DNA of 64,000 nt, taken from NCBI GenBank assembly GCA_965199825.1, contig OZ241329.1, positions 2,400,001-2,464,000 of the forward strand, given 5' to 3'. The notes under the pieces are model-generated. The model saw only the letters and a list, made by a program, of their open reading frames with translations, did not search any database and was not told the origin of the DNA. The DNA comes from Bdellovibrionales bacterium. GTDB lineage: Bacteria > Bdellovibrionota > Bdellovibrionia > Bdellovibrionales > UBA1609. Numbering within the stretch: position 1 is the stretch's first letter; the number at the start of each line of letters is the position of its first letter. Both the position numbers and the translations under genes were made by a program. Of the stretch, positions 20,747 through 31,619 are shown piece after piece.

Positions 20747-21486
20747 AACTCTTCGTCCTCGCGACCACTTCCGGTTTCGGACATCCCGCGCACTTCATCG
20801 ATAAAGCTCTGGGCCTCATCTTCAAATTCGCTTTCACCACCCGACTCATCAATTTCGAGTTCTTGAATGGCTGCCAAAAAATCTTTTTCGGAACGCAGAT
20901 CTTTTTTAAGCATCTCAATATATTTGTCGGGATATCGTGAGGTGAGCTCCTCGATGTAGCGCTCGAGTTTTCCTTCGCCCAAAATCTTTTTTCTGACCTG
21001 AATTTTTTTCCAGAACAAAAGGTAATGATAACGGCAATAGCCATCGACCACCGAAATTTGATCACAATCTCGCACGCGGCAATAGCGGCGGCCTTCGGCA
21101 TCGGTAAGAACAACCTCTTCTTCGTCGCTTAAGTCTTCTCGCTCTTTATGCGCAGGTGCAGAAGGCTCGACAGCGAGTTCGCCCCCACCAAATTCATCAG
21201 AATCATCATAGGCATCGAGGCTGTCGTCATCGACTTTTTTCTTTTTGGGTTCACTGGGTTTGGCTTTGGACACCTTTGTGAGAGGTTTTGGATGGGGCCG
21301 AGGATGGGCCTTTACAGGTGCCGCTTTTTTAATTTTTGTGGTTTTCGCAGCCTTTGCTTTTTTATGCGGCTTTGCTGCCACATGTTTGGCTTTTTTAGCT
21401 ACTTTTTTAACCGCTTTTTTGGCTTTCGCAGCCTTTGCCGGAGCCTTGTGGGCTGTCTTTTTTTTGACGACCTTTTTTTTTGACAT
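20743..21486 (-). CDS. Lys/Ala-rich (histone H1-like) protein with Cys3His motif and acidic tail
   Basis: KKAVKKVAKKAK-type N-terminus; CRVRDC-x9-CRYH; D/E-rich linker and tail. Confidence 0.8.
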   Translation of the reverse strand: MSKKKVVKKKTAHKAPAKAAKAKKAVKKVAKKAKHVAAKPHKKAKAAKTTKIKKAAPVKAHPRPHPKPLTKVSKAKPSEPKKKKVDDDSLDAYDDSDEFGGGELAVEPSAPAHKEREDLSDEEEVVLTDAEGRRYCRVRDCDQISVVDGYCRYHYLLFWKKIQVRKKILGEGKLERYIEELTSRYPDKYIEMLKKDLRSEKDFLAAIQELEIDESGGESEFEDEAQSFIDEVRGMSETGSGREDEEF

Positions 21487-21528
21487 GAAATGAACCTGAG
21501 GCATTTTAAAACACCCGTCAAGAGAGAA

Positions 21529-22530
21529 TTAGTGGATATGAATACTGCCGGCAGTGGTCTTTACCACCACATTTCCTTGCGCTGCGCCTCGCAATTGGCC
21601 ACGCAGATTTTTTTGGGTGCCGAGGTCGGTGACCTTTAAAAAATTAGGAACAACAATGTTGCCTTCTTGACTGCTCAGTTGAAGATTTGCTTTTGAATCA
21701 ATCAAAGTCAGATTGACCGCGCCTTCTTGAGATTGAAGATGAACATCGGCCTCACCTCGAATTTGACATTGCACGTTGGCTTGTTGCGACTGACCTTTGA
21801 GCGATGCGCTCAACTCCAAAATATTTAAATTTCCATGCCCCAAAGAATATTCCATTCGACCTTTTACCGAATTCAATTTTCCATTACCTTTCGTGCTCGA
21901 ATAAAAAAGCGATCCCTCCACCTGCTTTAAATTTGTGTCGCCCATAAAATTATCAATCTCAATATGTCCCGAAATTTTTTCGGCAATCAAACGGCCCGAA
22001 AAACTTTCGATATGTTGGCGGCCCCGGCGTCCTTTAATACTGATGAGTCCTTCTTGGTGGGTGAGATATAAATCTCCTTCACCTCCTAGAATCGAAACTT
22101 CGCCGTTTTGAACGTGCACGTTTAATCGGGCATTCAGATTTGTGATTTGGACATTTCCCCTTCGCACCCCAAGATCAAGTGCTCGCTCAGGCATTGAAAC
22201 CTCAACGTTGTAGAGCGGGATCATTTCATTCTTTATGATTTGCTGAAAGGTTGCGCGGGATTCGGGCATACGAACACTCAACTCGGTGCGCTTGCCGATT
22301 TTTTGCATCACCACCACCCAACCTTCGACCTCGGGATGAGAAATTTTTTGGATGCGCACAATTGCCTGGTTGCCTGGATGAGTCAGGACTTTGATATGAG
22401 CATTTACAAACGCCAAACTGAGAGAGTCATCAGGTGCCATCTCAATGGTGATTGGCCTTGATTGATCCGCGGCCCTTACTGGAGTCGAAACAAATCCAAA
22501 AAAAATAAAAAATAAAATGAGTTTTTTCAT
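21529..22530 (-). CDS. DUF4097/adhesin-like beta-repeat exported protein
   Basis: Signal peptide MKKLILF...VRA; repeated x-G-x-I/V-x-I beta units. Confidence 0.75.
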   Translation of the reverse strand: MKKLILFFIFFGFVSTPVRAADQSRPITIEMAPDDSLSLAFVNAHIKVLTHPGNQAIVRIQKISHPEVEGWVVVMQKIGKRTELSVRMPESRATFQQIIKNEMIPLYNVEVSMPERALDLGVRRGNVQITNLNARLNVHVQNGEVSILGGEGDLYLTHQEGLISIKGRRGRQHIESFSGRLIAEKISGHIEIDNFMGDTNLKQVEGSLFYSSTKGNGKLNSVKGRMEYSLGHGNLNILELSASLKGQSQQANVQCQIRGEADVHLQSQEGAVNLTLIDSKANLQLSSQEGNIVVPNFLKVTDLGTQKNLRGQLRGAAQGNVVVKTTAGSIHIH

Positions 22531-22613
22531 GTCCTTTGATTTCATTTGAATTCTTAAAGTCTCGCAATGCTTTTCTTGCCTTTTACTTTTAAGAGCGACA
22601 ATAATTTAAGGCT

Positions 22614-23786
22614 ATGAATGTCTACATCGTCTCAGCACAACGAACAGCAGTTGCAAGTTTTCAAGGTGGGTTAAAAGATATTTCAGCACCACGACTTGGA
22701 AGCTTGGTGATTCAATCCGCTTTAAAAAAAGCAAACCTGAAGCCCGACAACATTGATGAGTGCATCATGGGCCAGGTGCTCACCGCGGGTGCGGGCCAAG
22801 CTCCTGCTCGTCAAGCGGCATTGTATGCAGGACTTCTCAACTCAACACCCTGTTTAACCATAAACAAAGTTTGTGGATCAGGACTTAAAGCCGCAATGCT
22901 TGCCTCCGACAGTATTCGTCTTGGACATTCAAAAATTGTTGCAGCAGGTGGACAAGAAAATATGACGCTTGCTCCGCATCTGCTCGAAAAATCTCGTGAG
23001 GGCTATCGCATGGGACCTGTGACCCTCACAGATTCGATGCTCAAAGATGGACTGATCGATCCTTACAATCACACCCACATGGGCAATGCGGCAGAACTCT
23101 GCGCCAAGGATTATCATTTTTCGCGAGAGTCTCAGGATGAATTTGCCAAGCACTCCTACGAAAAAGCAAAAAAAGCCCAAGAGCGTGGTGATTTTGACGA
23201 CGAGATTTCGCCAGTCGAGACTATGGTCGGAAAAGAAACAATCAGTTTTAAAATTGACGAGGAGCCCGCAAAGGCTCGCTTTGATAAAATGCTGACACTC
23301 AAACCCGCATTTGAAAAAGACGGGACAATCACCGCTGCTAATGCAAGCAAGCTTAACGACGGTGCAGCCTGCTTGATTTTTGCAAACGAAGAAAGTGTAA
23401 AAGCCCAAGGATTAAAACCGCTCGCAAAAGTGTTAGGCTATGCCACTTTCGCACAAGAACCAAAATGGTTTACTACTGCACCTGTGGGAGCAATCAAAAA
23501 AGTTTTGAATCAGTTAAGTCTTTCGGTCAATGACATTGACCTGTTTGAAATCAACGAAGCATTTAGTGTTGTTGCCCAAGTGGCTGTTCAAGAATTAAAA
23601 ATTAATCTTGATCGGCTCAATGTCAACGGAGGTGCGGTTGCTCTTGGGCATCCCATTGGTGCAAGTGGTGCAAGACTCTTAACCACCTTAGTGCACGCCC
23701 TTCAAAAACGAAATTTAAAAAGAGGATTGGCTTCACTCTGCATTGGCGGAGGCGAAGGAGTGGCGCTCGTTGTGGAGCGTGTTTGA
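22614..23786 (+). CDS. Acetyl-CoA C-acetyltransferase (thiolase)
   Basis: [26 protein letters not shown]. Confidence 0.96.
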   Translation: MNVYIVSAQRTAVASFQGGLKDISAPRLGSLVIQSALKKANLKPDNIDECIMGQVLTAGAGQAPARQAALYAGLLNSTPCLTINKVCGSGLKAAMLASDSIRLGHSKIVAAGGQENMTLAPHLLEKSREGYRMGPVTLTDSMLKDGLIDPYNHTHMGNAAELCAKDYHFSRESQDEFAKHSYEKAKKAQERGDFDDEISPVETMVGKETISFKIDEEPAKARFDKMLTLKPAFEKDGTITAANASKLNDGAACLIFANEESVKAQGLKPLAKVLGYATFAQEPKWFTTAPVGAIKKVLNQLSLSVNDIDLFEINEAFSVVAQVAVQELKINLDRLNVNGGAVALGHPIGASGARLLTTLVHALQKRNLKRGLASLCIGGGEGVALVVERV

Positions 23787-24475
23787 ACAAAATTTTTCAA
23801 GATGCCGATTCAGCCTGCTTTGATGTCTTAAGCGGTCAAACACTTTTGTTTGGTGGATTTGGTTTGTGTGGCATTCCCGAAAAATCGATCGCGGCACTTT
23901 TCAAAAGAAAAATCACCGAGCTCACCTGTGTTTCGAATAATGCTGGCATTGATGATTTTGGTTTAGGAGTTTTACTTCAAACCCGCCAAATTAAAAAAAT
24001 GATTTCGTCCTATGTGGGCGAAAATGCACTTTTCGAAAAACAATATTTGAACGGTGAACTTGAAGTCGAATTTGTTCCGCAAGGAACTCTTGCCGAAAGA
24101 TTACGTGCAGGAGGTGCCGGCATCCCCGCGTTTTATACCCCCACTGGTTTTGGAACACCCATTGCCGAGGGTAAGGAATCGCGCGAGTTTGACGGTAAAT
24201 CTTTTATTCTTGAAAAAGCAATTCGTGGTGATTTTGCTTTTGTTAAAGCCTTTAAAGGCGATCGATTTGGCAATTTGATTTATCGTAAAACTGCTCGCAA
24301 TTTTAATCCGGTGATGGCAACCGCAGGAAAAATTACCATCGCCGAGGTTGAAGAACTTGTAGAAATTGGCGAACTTGATCCAGAGCAGATCCAAACACCG
24401 GGTGTTTATGTGCAGCGGATATTTAAAGGTCAAAACTATGAAAAGCGGATCGAGCATGCAACCATTAACACGTGA
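23783..24475 (+). CDS. scoA: 3-oxoacid CoA-transferase subunit A
   Basis: [24 protein letters not shown]. Confidence 0.93.
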   Translation: MNKIFQDADSACFDVLSGQTLLFGGFGLCGIPEKSIAALFKRKITELTCVSNNAGIDDFGLGVLLQTRQIKKMISSYVGENALFEKQYLNGELEVEFVPQGTLAERLRAGGAGIPAFYTPTGFGTPIAEGKESREFDGKSFILEKAIRGDFAFVKAFKGDRFGNLIYRKTARNFNPVMATAGKITIAEVEELVEIGELDPEQIQTPGVYVQRIFKGQNYEKRIEHATINT

Positions 24476-25118
24476 GTTGATTGCCGAGCGCATTGCGCGC
24501 GAAGTTCAGTCGGGATTTGTGGTCAATCTTGGAATTGGCATCCCCACCCTTGTGGCCAATTATTTAAAACCAGAACAAATGGTGATGCTCCAAAGTGAAA
24601 ATGGACTTTTGGGACTCGGGCCCTTTCCGTTAAAAAAAAATTTGGATGCGGACTTGATCAATGCCGGTAAGCAAACTGTGACTGCAGTTGCGGGGGCCTC
24701 TTATTTTTCATCGGCAGAAAGTTTTGGGATGATTCGTGGAGGTCATGTGGACTTGACCGTTCTTGGCGCAATGCAAGTGGATCAATCCGGAAGCATTGCC
24801 AATTGGATGGTGCCCGGAAAAATGGTCAAAGGCATGGGCGGTGCGATGGATTTAGTGGCCGGTGCAAAGCGCGTGGTCGTGGCAATGCAACACCAAGATA
24901 AAGATGGCAAAAGTAAACTCCTAAATAAGTGTGATTTACCCCTCACAGGTGTTCATTGTGTGACCCGCATTGTGACCGATCTTGCAGTGATTGATGTCGA
25001 CTTAAACAAAAATATATTTATTTTACGTGAGCTTGCACCTGGGGTGAGTAAAGAAGATGTGATTCAAAGAACCGAAGGCCAGATGATTTGTGCGCCCGAT
25101 CTTAAAAGCATGTTTTAA
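24456..25118 (+). CDS. scoB: 3-oxoacid CoA-transferase subunit B
   Basis: [24 protein letters not shown]. Confidence 0.93.
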   Translation: MQPLTRELIAERIAREVQSGFVVNLGIGIPTLVANYLKPEQMVMLQSENGLLGLGPFPLKKNLDADLINAGKQTVTAVAGASYFSSAESFGMIRGGHVDLTVLGAMQVDQSGSIANWMVPGKMVKGMGGAMDLVAGAKRVVVAMQHQDKDGKSKLLNKCDLPLTGVHCVTRIVTDLAVIDVDLNKNIFILRELAPGVSKEDVIQRTEGQMICAPDLKSMF

Positions 25119-26608
25119 AAAACATCGAGCTCGGAATTGAATTGCTTTAAACGAAGCGGAATTTTTTTATCTTCCATTTTTTGATCATCACTCAAAACAC
25201 TATATACCCGGAGAGTATTTGTCTTTGCCCGCTCTTGCACCGGGAGACCTAGAGTCAACACCACTTTGTCGCCCTTTTTAACCAACCCGTATTGCAAAAG
25301 CATTTGTTCGATTTGGCGCATGGCCTCTTCGGTGGACTGATATGGCCGAATCGAAAAGGTTTGAATTCCCCAACACAATTCAAGGGCGGAGAGATTTTCG
25401 AACTGTGGAGTGACCGCAATGATGCGAGCTTTGGGACGAAAATGTGAAATCAAAGTTGCGGTTTTACCCGTGGTGGTCAAACAAACAATGGCCGAGGCTT
25501 CCAGCTTTAAAGCGGTCAAACACGCACTTGCGGCAATCGCTTCGGGGACATCGTCCATCCCCTCATCGAGTTCAATGTGATACATGGCCTCACCACTGCG
25601 CTCCACTTCCACAACAATATCATGCATGGTGCGAATACATTTGAATGGAAATTTTCCGCTCGCACTCTCCGCCGAAAGCATCAGAGCATCCGAACCATCA
25701 AGCACCGCATTGGCCACATCCGTAATTTCTGCACGAGTGGGGCGAGGATTTTCGACCATGCTGTCGAGCATTTGGGTTGCGGTAATCACCGGCTTGCCAA
25801 AAATATTGCAGAGTCGAATGATTCTTTTTTGGGTTTGGGGCAGCTGTGTTTGACCGGCTTCAATTGCCAAATCTCCACGCGCCACCATGACTCCATCACT
25901 CTTATGAATAATGTCTTCAAGATGGGTGAGAGCTTCGAGCATTTCGATTTTTGCGATAATTTTTGTGTTCGGGCGAACATTGTCAATCAGCTCTCTTAAG
26001 CGAAGAATATCTTCGCCCTTTCGAACAAAAGATAAAGCGACATAATCAACGCTATTTCTTAAACCAAATTCCAAATCATCAAGATCTTTTTTTGTCATAG
26101 CCTCAATTGGCAAATTGGCTCCGGGAACATTAATCCCCTTGCGGTCTTTTAAAATTCCACCGTAGATAACCTGAGCCTCAACAATTTGACCTTGTGATGA
26201 AAGGCACACGACCTCGATCAGTCCATCATCAAATAAAATTTTTGTGCCCGGTGTGCAGGCTTGTGGAAGATGAATAAAGTCGGTGGGGATCAATCCATCA
26301 TGCCCTTTAACATCCTCGGTGGTGATCTGAACCTTTTGGCCATTTTTTAATTCGATCTGACCTTTTTCAAATCGGCCCACCCGTATTTTTGGGCCTTGGA
26401 GATCTTGAAGAATCGCCACCGGCGCACGAAGCTCTGCGCAAAGCTCGCGAATCCAATGAATCACTTTTTGATGATCGGCATGAGAGCCATGCGAAAAATT
26501 AAGTCGCGCCACATTCATTCCGGCTCTTATGGCTTTCTCGAGTCCTTCACGAGATGCGGTTGCAGGACCGATGGTAGCGACAATTTTTACGCGGCGATTT
26601 GCGAGCAT
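25115..26608 (-). CDS. pyk: Pyruvate kinase
   Basis: ARLNFSHG, DLQGPKIR, MVARGDL, ATQMLDSM. Confidence 0.97.
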   Translation of the reverse strand: MLANRRVKIVATIGPATASREGLEKAIRAGMNVARLNFSHGSHADHQKVIHWIRELCAELRAPVAILQDLQGPKIRVGRFEKGQIELKNGQKVQITTEDVKGHDGLIPTDFIHLPQACTPGTKILFDDGLIEVVCLSSQGQIVEAQVIYGGILKDRKGINVPGANLPIEAMTKKDLDDLEFGLRNSVDYVALSFVRKGEDILRLRELIDNVRPNTKIIAKIEMLEALTHLEDIIHKSDGVMVARGDLAIEAGQTQLPQTQKRIIRLCNIFGKPVITATQMLDSMVENPRPTRAEITDVANAVLDGSDALMLSAESASGKFPFKCIRTMHDIVVEVERSGEAMYHIELDEGMDDVPEAIAASACLTALKLEASAIVCLTTTGKTATLISHFRPKARIIAVTPQFENLSALELCWGIQTFSIRPYQSTEEAMRQIEQMLLQYGLVKKGDKVVLTLGLPVQERAKTNTLRVYSVLSDDQKMEDKKIPLRLKQFNSELDVF

Positions 26609-28276
26609 TTAGGTTTTCCTATGAGACTCATTTTTGCTCACCGTTGTGACAAGATCATTCATCTTTTCCTCATTGCGGCGATTCAAATTTTTGAGCTCGA
26701 GATTATGTTGCTCATCTAGTTGCCGGATTTTTTGCTGATTTTGCAAGTTCAAATTTTCAATTTCGGATTGATGACCCTTTTTAAGCTCGGTCACAAGCCG
26801 CTTGACGTTGTCTTCGTTGCCCTTATGCTCGTGAAGCAGTTGATCGTTGAGATCGTTCACTTGTTTTTCAAATTTCATTTTGAGCTGGCTCAGTTGTTCA
26901 CTGTGCTTAGCCTCGCGCTCGCGCATTTGATTTTTTAACCCCTCAACCGCCTGCGATTTTTCTTTAATGCCCATATCGCGCAGATCTTTGAGGTCCTCGG
27001 CATGTTGAGCTTGAACCGTATCTAGAGCATCGCGCTGACTATTTTGGAGTCTGACACTTGAGGAGTTGGCGTGCTCAAGCACTCGCTTCACTCGTTGATC
27101 TGCTTGCGATGACACCTCGGAGTTGCGAGCCGAAAAATCGGTTTGAAAATTACTAAGGGACTCACGATTTTTTAAATCTTGTGAATTCAGCCGCTCTTTA
27201 AAAAACTTATTTGATTGGCTGAGTGCCGTGTTGTGCTGTCGTTGAAGGCTATCGACTTTTGTTTTTACAACCTGATTGGACTGATCAAGGAGCTGCTGTT
27301 TTTGTTTTTCAAGATCATCAATATTCTTTTGAAATTCATCCCGCACGTTTTTGACTTCGGTGCTCTTTGAGCGGTTGGAATTCACCTGATCTCGCGCTCT
27401 TAAATCTTGTTCCTCTTTCACCTTTGTGTGGAGATTGTTGAGCTGCGAATTGATCCGACCTTCGATGTCGGTTTTAAACTTTTGGCTTCCTTGGTGGCCA
27501 TCCTCGGCTTGATCTTTTAATGCGGCATCATATCTCTCACGAGTTTTATTTAGACTGGTGTCGTAAGAGCTTTTCACATGTTGAAGATTGTCATTCATTT
27601 CAGAACGCTCTTTTTGGATGGCACTCATATGAGCTTTTGATAAACGCTCAGTATCCGAAAATCCTTTTTGTTCTAGATCCGAAATTTGGCGTTCTGAAAA
27701 ATCTCGCGAAGTCTTCAGCTGCTTTTGAAGGTTGGATTCTGATTTGGCTTTGTCTTCAAGAATAAGATCGACCTGCTTTTGATGAGCCGTATCTGAGTTG
27801 TTTCTTGAGTGACTGATGGTTTCTTTTTGTTCTTCTCTTAAAGATTCGAGATTTTTCTGGAATGCTTTATCTTTATCTTCGATCACATTATGAAAATGTT
27901 CATCTTTGGCATTGAGCTTAGCTTCATTCCTGGTGGCTTCTTTTTGTAGTGAGCCTTTCATTTCGTTTGTGCGCTCACTTATTTCTCGATCTGAATCTGA
28001 TGAGACTTGCGACAATTGGCGACGATGAAGCGAGCGAAGATCATCCATTTCTTTTTGATACTTAAGATCTCGACTGCTAATCACTTCTCTTGCGTTTTTT
28101 TTAACCCCTTCGACTTTTTGTTCGTTGTGAGATTGAACTTGATTTAATTCAACGTCGTGAGTTTCGGCCATGCGCTTGAGTTCTTTTTGCTGGCGCTTAA
28201 CAAGATCGCTCTCTTTTTGTAAATACTCATCACGATTGCGGCGAATTGAATCGTTGGAACTGCCAACTGAAGACAT
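26609..28276 (-). CDS. Long coiled-coil hypothetical protein
   Basis: 555 aa rich in Q/E/K/S, no Pro, heptad-like pattern. Confidence 0.8.
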   Translation of the reverse strand: MSSVGSSNDSIRRNRDEYLQKESDLVKRQQKELKRMAETHDVELNQVQSHNEQKVEGVKKNAREVISSRDLKYQKEMDDLRSLHRRQLSQVSSDSDREISERTNEMKGSLQKEATRNEAKLNAKDEHFHNVIEDKDKAFQKNLESLREEQKETISHSRNNSDTAHQKQVDLILEDKAKSESNLQKQLKTSRDFSERQISDLEQKGFSDTERLSKAHMSAIQKERSEMNDNLQHVKSSYDTSLNKTRERYDAALKDQAEDGHQGSQKFKTDIEGRINSQLNNLHTKVKEEQDLRARDQVNSNRSKSTEVKNVRDEFQKNIDDLEKQKQQLLDQSNQVVKTKVDSLQRQHNTALSQSNKFFKERLNSQDLKNRESLSNFQTDFSARNSEVSSQADQRVKRVLEHANSSSVRLQNSQRDALDTVQAQHAEDLKDLRDMGIKEKSQAVEGLKNQMREREAKHSEQLSQLKMKFEKQVNDLNDQLLHEHKGNEDNVKRLVTELKKGHQSEIENLNLQNQQKIRQLDEQHNLELKNLNRRNEEKMNDLVTTVSKNESHRKT

Positions 28277-28305
28277 CCTTGTCTCTCTCCTCTGTCAAAA
28301 TTTAA

Positions 28306-28333
28306 TTATCCGCTATTTTGATCAGTTACTAAA
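28306..28333 (-). promoter_or_regulatory. Putative sigma28 (FliA) promoter
   Basis: Minus strand TTTAGTAA-N12-GCGGATAA upstream of the coiled-coil gene. Confidence 0.3.
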
Positions 28334-28370
28334 GAGAGTTAAAGGGAAATTAAGGATAAAGGTCGAGCCT

Positions 28371-29000
28371 CTATTCGATTTGGTTTCGTTGACGAAACAA
28401 CTTTTTGAAATGGGCTTCTTCTTTAAGCTGAATTTGAGTTTGGGCATCAGATCGTTTTTTTAATAGATCCGCACTGGCGATTTCGCGCAAAACACTGTCA
28501 CGCATCATACTCACACTTTGGTCTTGGGCCGCTTTGAACAATTGGCCCTTTAATGCTGCCGGAATATCGATTTGTACATTTCCATCAACGATGGGTCCCA
28601 CATGAACCATAAAACCCTCAGGAATTTGATCCGACTCTTTTAATCCTCGACGATGAATTTGCACCACACCTTGAACAACCTGAACTCCAATATTTTCTTT
28701 TGTGCGTTCAAGAATCATTCGGACCTTTGAAGATGAAAATCGGGCAACGGGAGTCATGATATCGCAAGCTCCCTCACAGGTGATTTTGCCGCGCACCACT
28801 TGAATCTGTTTTTTACTTAAATGAATGATTAAGCTCTCTTCAAGGGCAGAAAAATTTTTGGATTTTTGACCGGCTTTAAGTTCTTGTGCGCAAGGAAAAC
28901 TATTTTTTGATAAGCACTCCAACGGAACTTCGGTGGCATGAATGCGAATCTCGATTGTAAAACAACAATACAAAACAAATGCTCGACAAAGTGATTTCAC
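28371..29000 (-). CDS. Exported hypothetical protein (FecR-like beta region)
   Basis: 209-aa ORF coupled to the upstream TPR gene; VQVVQGVVQI segment. Confidence 0.6.
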   Translation of the reverse strand: MKSLCRAFVLYCCFTIEIRIHATEVPLECLSKNSFPCAQELKAGQKSKNFSALEESLIIHLSKKQIQVVRGKITCEGACDIMTPVARFSSSKVRMILERTKENIGVQVVQGVVQIHRRGLKESDQIPEGFMVHVGPIVDGNVQIDIPAALKGQLFKAAQDQSVSMMRDSVLREIASADLLKKRSDAQTQIQLKEEAHFKKLFRQRNQIE

Positions 29001-29674
29001 AAACTCACTTTTCTTAGTTTGTCAGCGGCGGCAGTTGTCACGTCGTGAAATGGAAATGATTTGATTACGGTTTGATAAGTACTGATCGCTTTGGCCTTTT
29101 GACCCTGAACTTCAAATTGCTCGCCTAATTGGATCAGTGCAAAACCGGTATATTCATTCTCGGGCCATTCTTGAATCATGGTCTCAATGACCTTTGTGCA
29201 CTCTTCGAATTCCTCAAGTCGGCTTAAGGATTCCATAAGTAAAAAATGGGCCTCGATAATTGAGGGCGAATAAGAATGATCATGAATAAATTCTTTAAAG
29301 CCGACCTTGGCAAGTTCGTACTGTCCAGTGCTTAAATACGTTTTGGCTTTTTTAAAATTGTCTTCGCTAATAAATTCTTTGAGCGTATCACTATTTTTTT
29401 GCGATTGGGTGACACTTGCTATGGTTCGCACTGCCGCTTTTTTATCGTGCAATGCTTTGCTCGGAAGTTCGCTTGCAACAAGAGCTTTGAATTCTTCAAA
29501 ATCTTCAAGAGCCAGATCGGTTTTGATCCGCTCTGCACGAATATCATTTTTAAGATGCTTGATTTGGGCTTGGAGTGCCGGATTTTTGGCAAAGTGAACC
29601 CGAAAAGTTCCGTAACTAAAAACAATTCCAACAGTAAGGAGTTGTATAAAAATGAGAAATCCTGCGGTGTTCAT
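28997..29674 (-). CDS. Membrane-anchored tetratricopeptide repeat protein (CpoB/BamD-like)
   Basis: N-terminal TM segment, short coil, TPR pattern (EAHFLL.ES, A..TYQ.VI..FP). Confidence 0.8.
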   Translation of the reverse strand: MNTAGFLIFIQLLTVGIVFSYGTFRVHFAKNPALQAQIKHLKNDIRAERIKTDLALEDFEEFKALVASELPSKALHDKKAAVRTIASVTQSQKNSDTLKEFISEDNFKKAKTYLSTGQYELAKVGFKEFIHDHSYSPSIIEAHFLLMESLSRLEEFEECTKVIETMIQEWPENEYTGFALIQLGEQFEVQGQKAKAISTYQTVIKSFPFHDVTTAAADKLRKVSL

Positions 29675-29684
29675 CTTATAAGTT

Positions 29685-29712
29685 TTATCGGAAATGTTTG
29701 GCCCAAAGTTGA
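29685..29712 (-). promoter_or_regulatory. Putative sigma28 (FliA) promoter
   Basis: Minus strand TCAACTTT-N12-TCCGATAA just upstream of the TPR gene ATG. Confidence 0.4.
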
Positions 29713-29770
29713 ATCAGATGCTTCAAGTTTTTAAAAGACCAAAGTTGTGCTTAACGTCACGAAAAGATTC

Positions 29771-29799
29771 TTGACCCTTCAGATGCCGTTTTTTACAAC
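29771..29799 (+). promoter_or_regulatory. Putative sigma70 promoter for HU gene
   Basis: TTGACC-N17-TACAAC. Confidence 0.45.
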
Positions 29800-29838
29800 G
29801 ATCTCCCACTTCCCAGACACCACCCTAAGGACGACATC

Positions 29839-30117
29839 ATGAATAAAGCCGATCTTGTTGAGCGAATTTCCGAAGTCACTCGCATTCCCAAAGTGCAAAT
29901 TGATGAAGTCATCACTGCCACTTGTAAAGTTATTGCCGAAACTGTGGCCTCAGGTCGTGAAGTTAAACTTGTTGGCTTTGGAACCTTTGATGTTCTTCAG
30001 CGTCAAGAACGAGCAGGACGAAATCCCCAGACTGGACTCCAAATGACAATCCCAGCCGCAAAAGTGCCACGATTTCGTCCAGGCAAAGAATTTAAAGAAA
30101 TAATGCAGGACCTTTAA
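29839..30117 (+). CDS. hup: HU family DNA-binding protein
   Basis: MNKADLV, VKLVGFGTF, RAGRNPQTG, PRFRPGK. Confidence 0.95.
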   Translation: MNKADLVERISEVTRIPKVQIDEVITATCKVIAETVASGREVKLVGFGTFDVLQRQERAGRNPQTGLQMTIPAAKVPRFRPGKEFKEIMQDL

Positions 30118-31619
30118 CGCCAAAGCGAAAGGCGTTGAACTCGAGATTTAAATTTAAGTAAAGGTTCTGAGATCTCTTTTGCTGAGACTGGCTCGTTTTG
30201 ATGAAGCCTTTGAGAGAGGTCTTGAACTAAATTTCTTAAGTTTAGCCATTCCGACCACAAACACAAATTATCATACTGGGCTTCGGTTTTGAGATCTCGA
30301 GCGCGTACGGCTTCGACCAGAGATTTGAGTGCATTCAAGGATTTGTTTGATTCATATTCTTGAACTTCGGTCAAAAGTCGTGATGCCAAAGTAAACAACC
30401 TCATCCGCTCAGACTGATAAAAAAAACTAATTTCTTTTTTGTGATGACGAATCTTGTCGCGAAATTTTGCATCCTGTTGGCCAAAGAAAAATATTTTATT
30501 TTGAAAAACAGTGGGTGTGATTTCGATATGAAGATTTAAAAATCCTTCGGGCAATTTGAATGTCTTTAACAAAAACTCGCCCCGACCATCAACCAAAGTT
30601 CTTCGATAAGTTTTATGAAGTGCTCGCTTTTCTAAAACTTCACCTGCTTCGGCACTAAATAAAAAAGAAAGAGCTATCTCTGGCGCTGTACCGTCGGTCT
30701 CAATAATTAATTTAGCAGTCTCGCTATGTGGTTCAACCAATTGAGCCTTCACATAACTTGCAGGCTTAACAGGTGGCGGGAGAGGCTTTGCACTTTGCAC
30801 CACCTGCGGCGCAATCGACGGAGTTGGTTTTACGACGACTTCTTCTGCGGGAGAGCTGAACACAGGCTCCGGCTTTGAAGTCACGGTTGCAGTGCGCTTA
30901 ATGGATAGTAACGCGAATATCCCGAGGCTCGAAAAGACAAAAACCAATGGGTAAAGCACCAAAGAAATTTTTCGTGATGATTTTTTTTGCGGAATGATTT
31001 TTTGTGGAATTTTTTTTTGCTGAGCTACCGGTACCACAACCGCTTTCATCGGCTGAGGTTCTGGAGCTTGGGGCATCGCCTCTTCAGGGATTTCTTCAGG
31101 TACGGGTTGAATCAGGTCTGATTTTTTTAATACATTTTTTAAGATGTCGACTTTGCTCACTTCTGGAAAGGGTGGGGCTTCAAACAAAATATCTTGTGGC
31201 GGCAATGGAATTTCTTTTTTGGGCGGAGCAAATTCTTCGAGTTCAGAAATTTTTTGCCAACTCTTCATTCCTTTTTTCCAGATATAATCAGTGTATCTAA
31301 TGCTACCCGCATTTAAGCGTTCTTTGAGGAGCGAGGTCGCAAAAGGCCCGCTCTGAATAAATCCTTTTCCTTTATCCTCGGACTTTTTGACTAATAGGAC
31401 CCATTGAGTCTCGCTGTTTTGAGTCTTTTGTAATTCTTGAAGGAGATCTGTTAAAGTTTCGAACTCACTGACTTTTCGCCACTTCGAATCGCCCTCTTCA
31501 AAAATGGAATCAAGCGCATGCAATTGGCCTTGGCGCAAAAACTCAACGATGACATCAAGGCTGACTGGGCCTTTGGCAATTCCTTTATCAAGATAGTAAT
31601 AACCCGAATTAGGAATCAC
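30114..31619 (-). CDS. Tandem GYF_2 (DUF4339) domain membrane protein
   Basis: Two GP-x(~20)-W units (KGPVS...SKW; SGPFA...YIWKKGMKSW), Pro-rich linker, one TM segment. Confidence 0.75.
   Translation of the reverse strand: MIPNSGYYYLDKGIAKGPVSLDVIVEFLRQGQLHALDSIFEEGDSKWRKVSEFETLTDLLQELQKTQNSETQWVLLVKKSEDKGKGFIQSGPFATSLLKERLNAGSIRYTDYIWKKGMKSWQKISELEEFAPPKKEIPLPPQDILFEAPPFPEVSKVDILKNVLKKSDLIQPVPEEIPEEAMPQAPEPQPMKAVVVPVAQQKKIPQKIIPQKKSSRKISLVLYPLVFVFSSLGIFALLSIKRTATVTSKPEPVFSSPAEEVVVKPTPSIAPQVVQSAKPLPPPVKPASYVKAQLVEPHSETAKLIIETDGTAPEIALSFLFSAEAGEVLEKRALHKTYRRTLVDGRGEFLLKTFKLPEGFLNLHIEITPTVFQNKIFFFGQQDAKFRDKIRHHKKEISFFYQSERMRLFTLASRLLTEVQEYESNKSLNALKSLVEAVRARDLKTEAQYDNLCLWSEWLNLRNLVQDLSQRLHQNEPVSAKEISEPLLKFKSRVQRLSLWR

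Noticed and set aside
20472..21493. Overlapping ORFs 20472-21113, 21148-21483 and 21245-21493
   Set aside because: Shadows of the Lys-rich/acidic gene; the Phe/Ala richness mirrors its codons.
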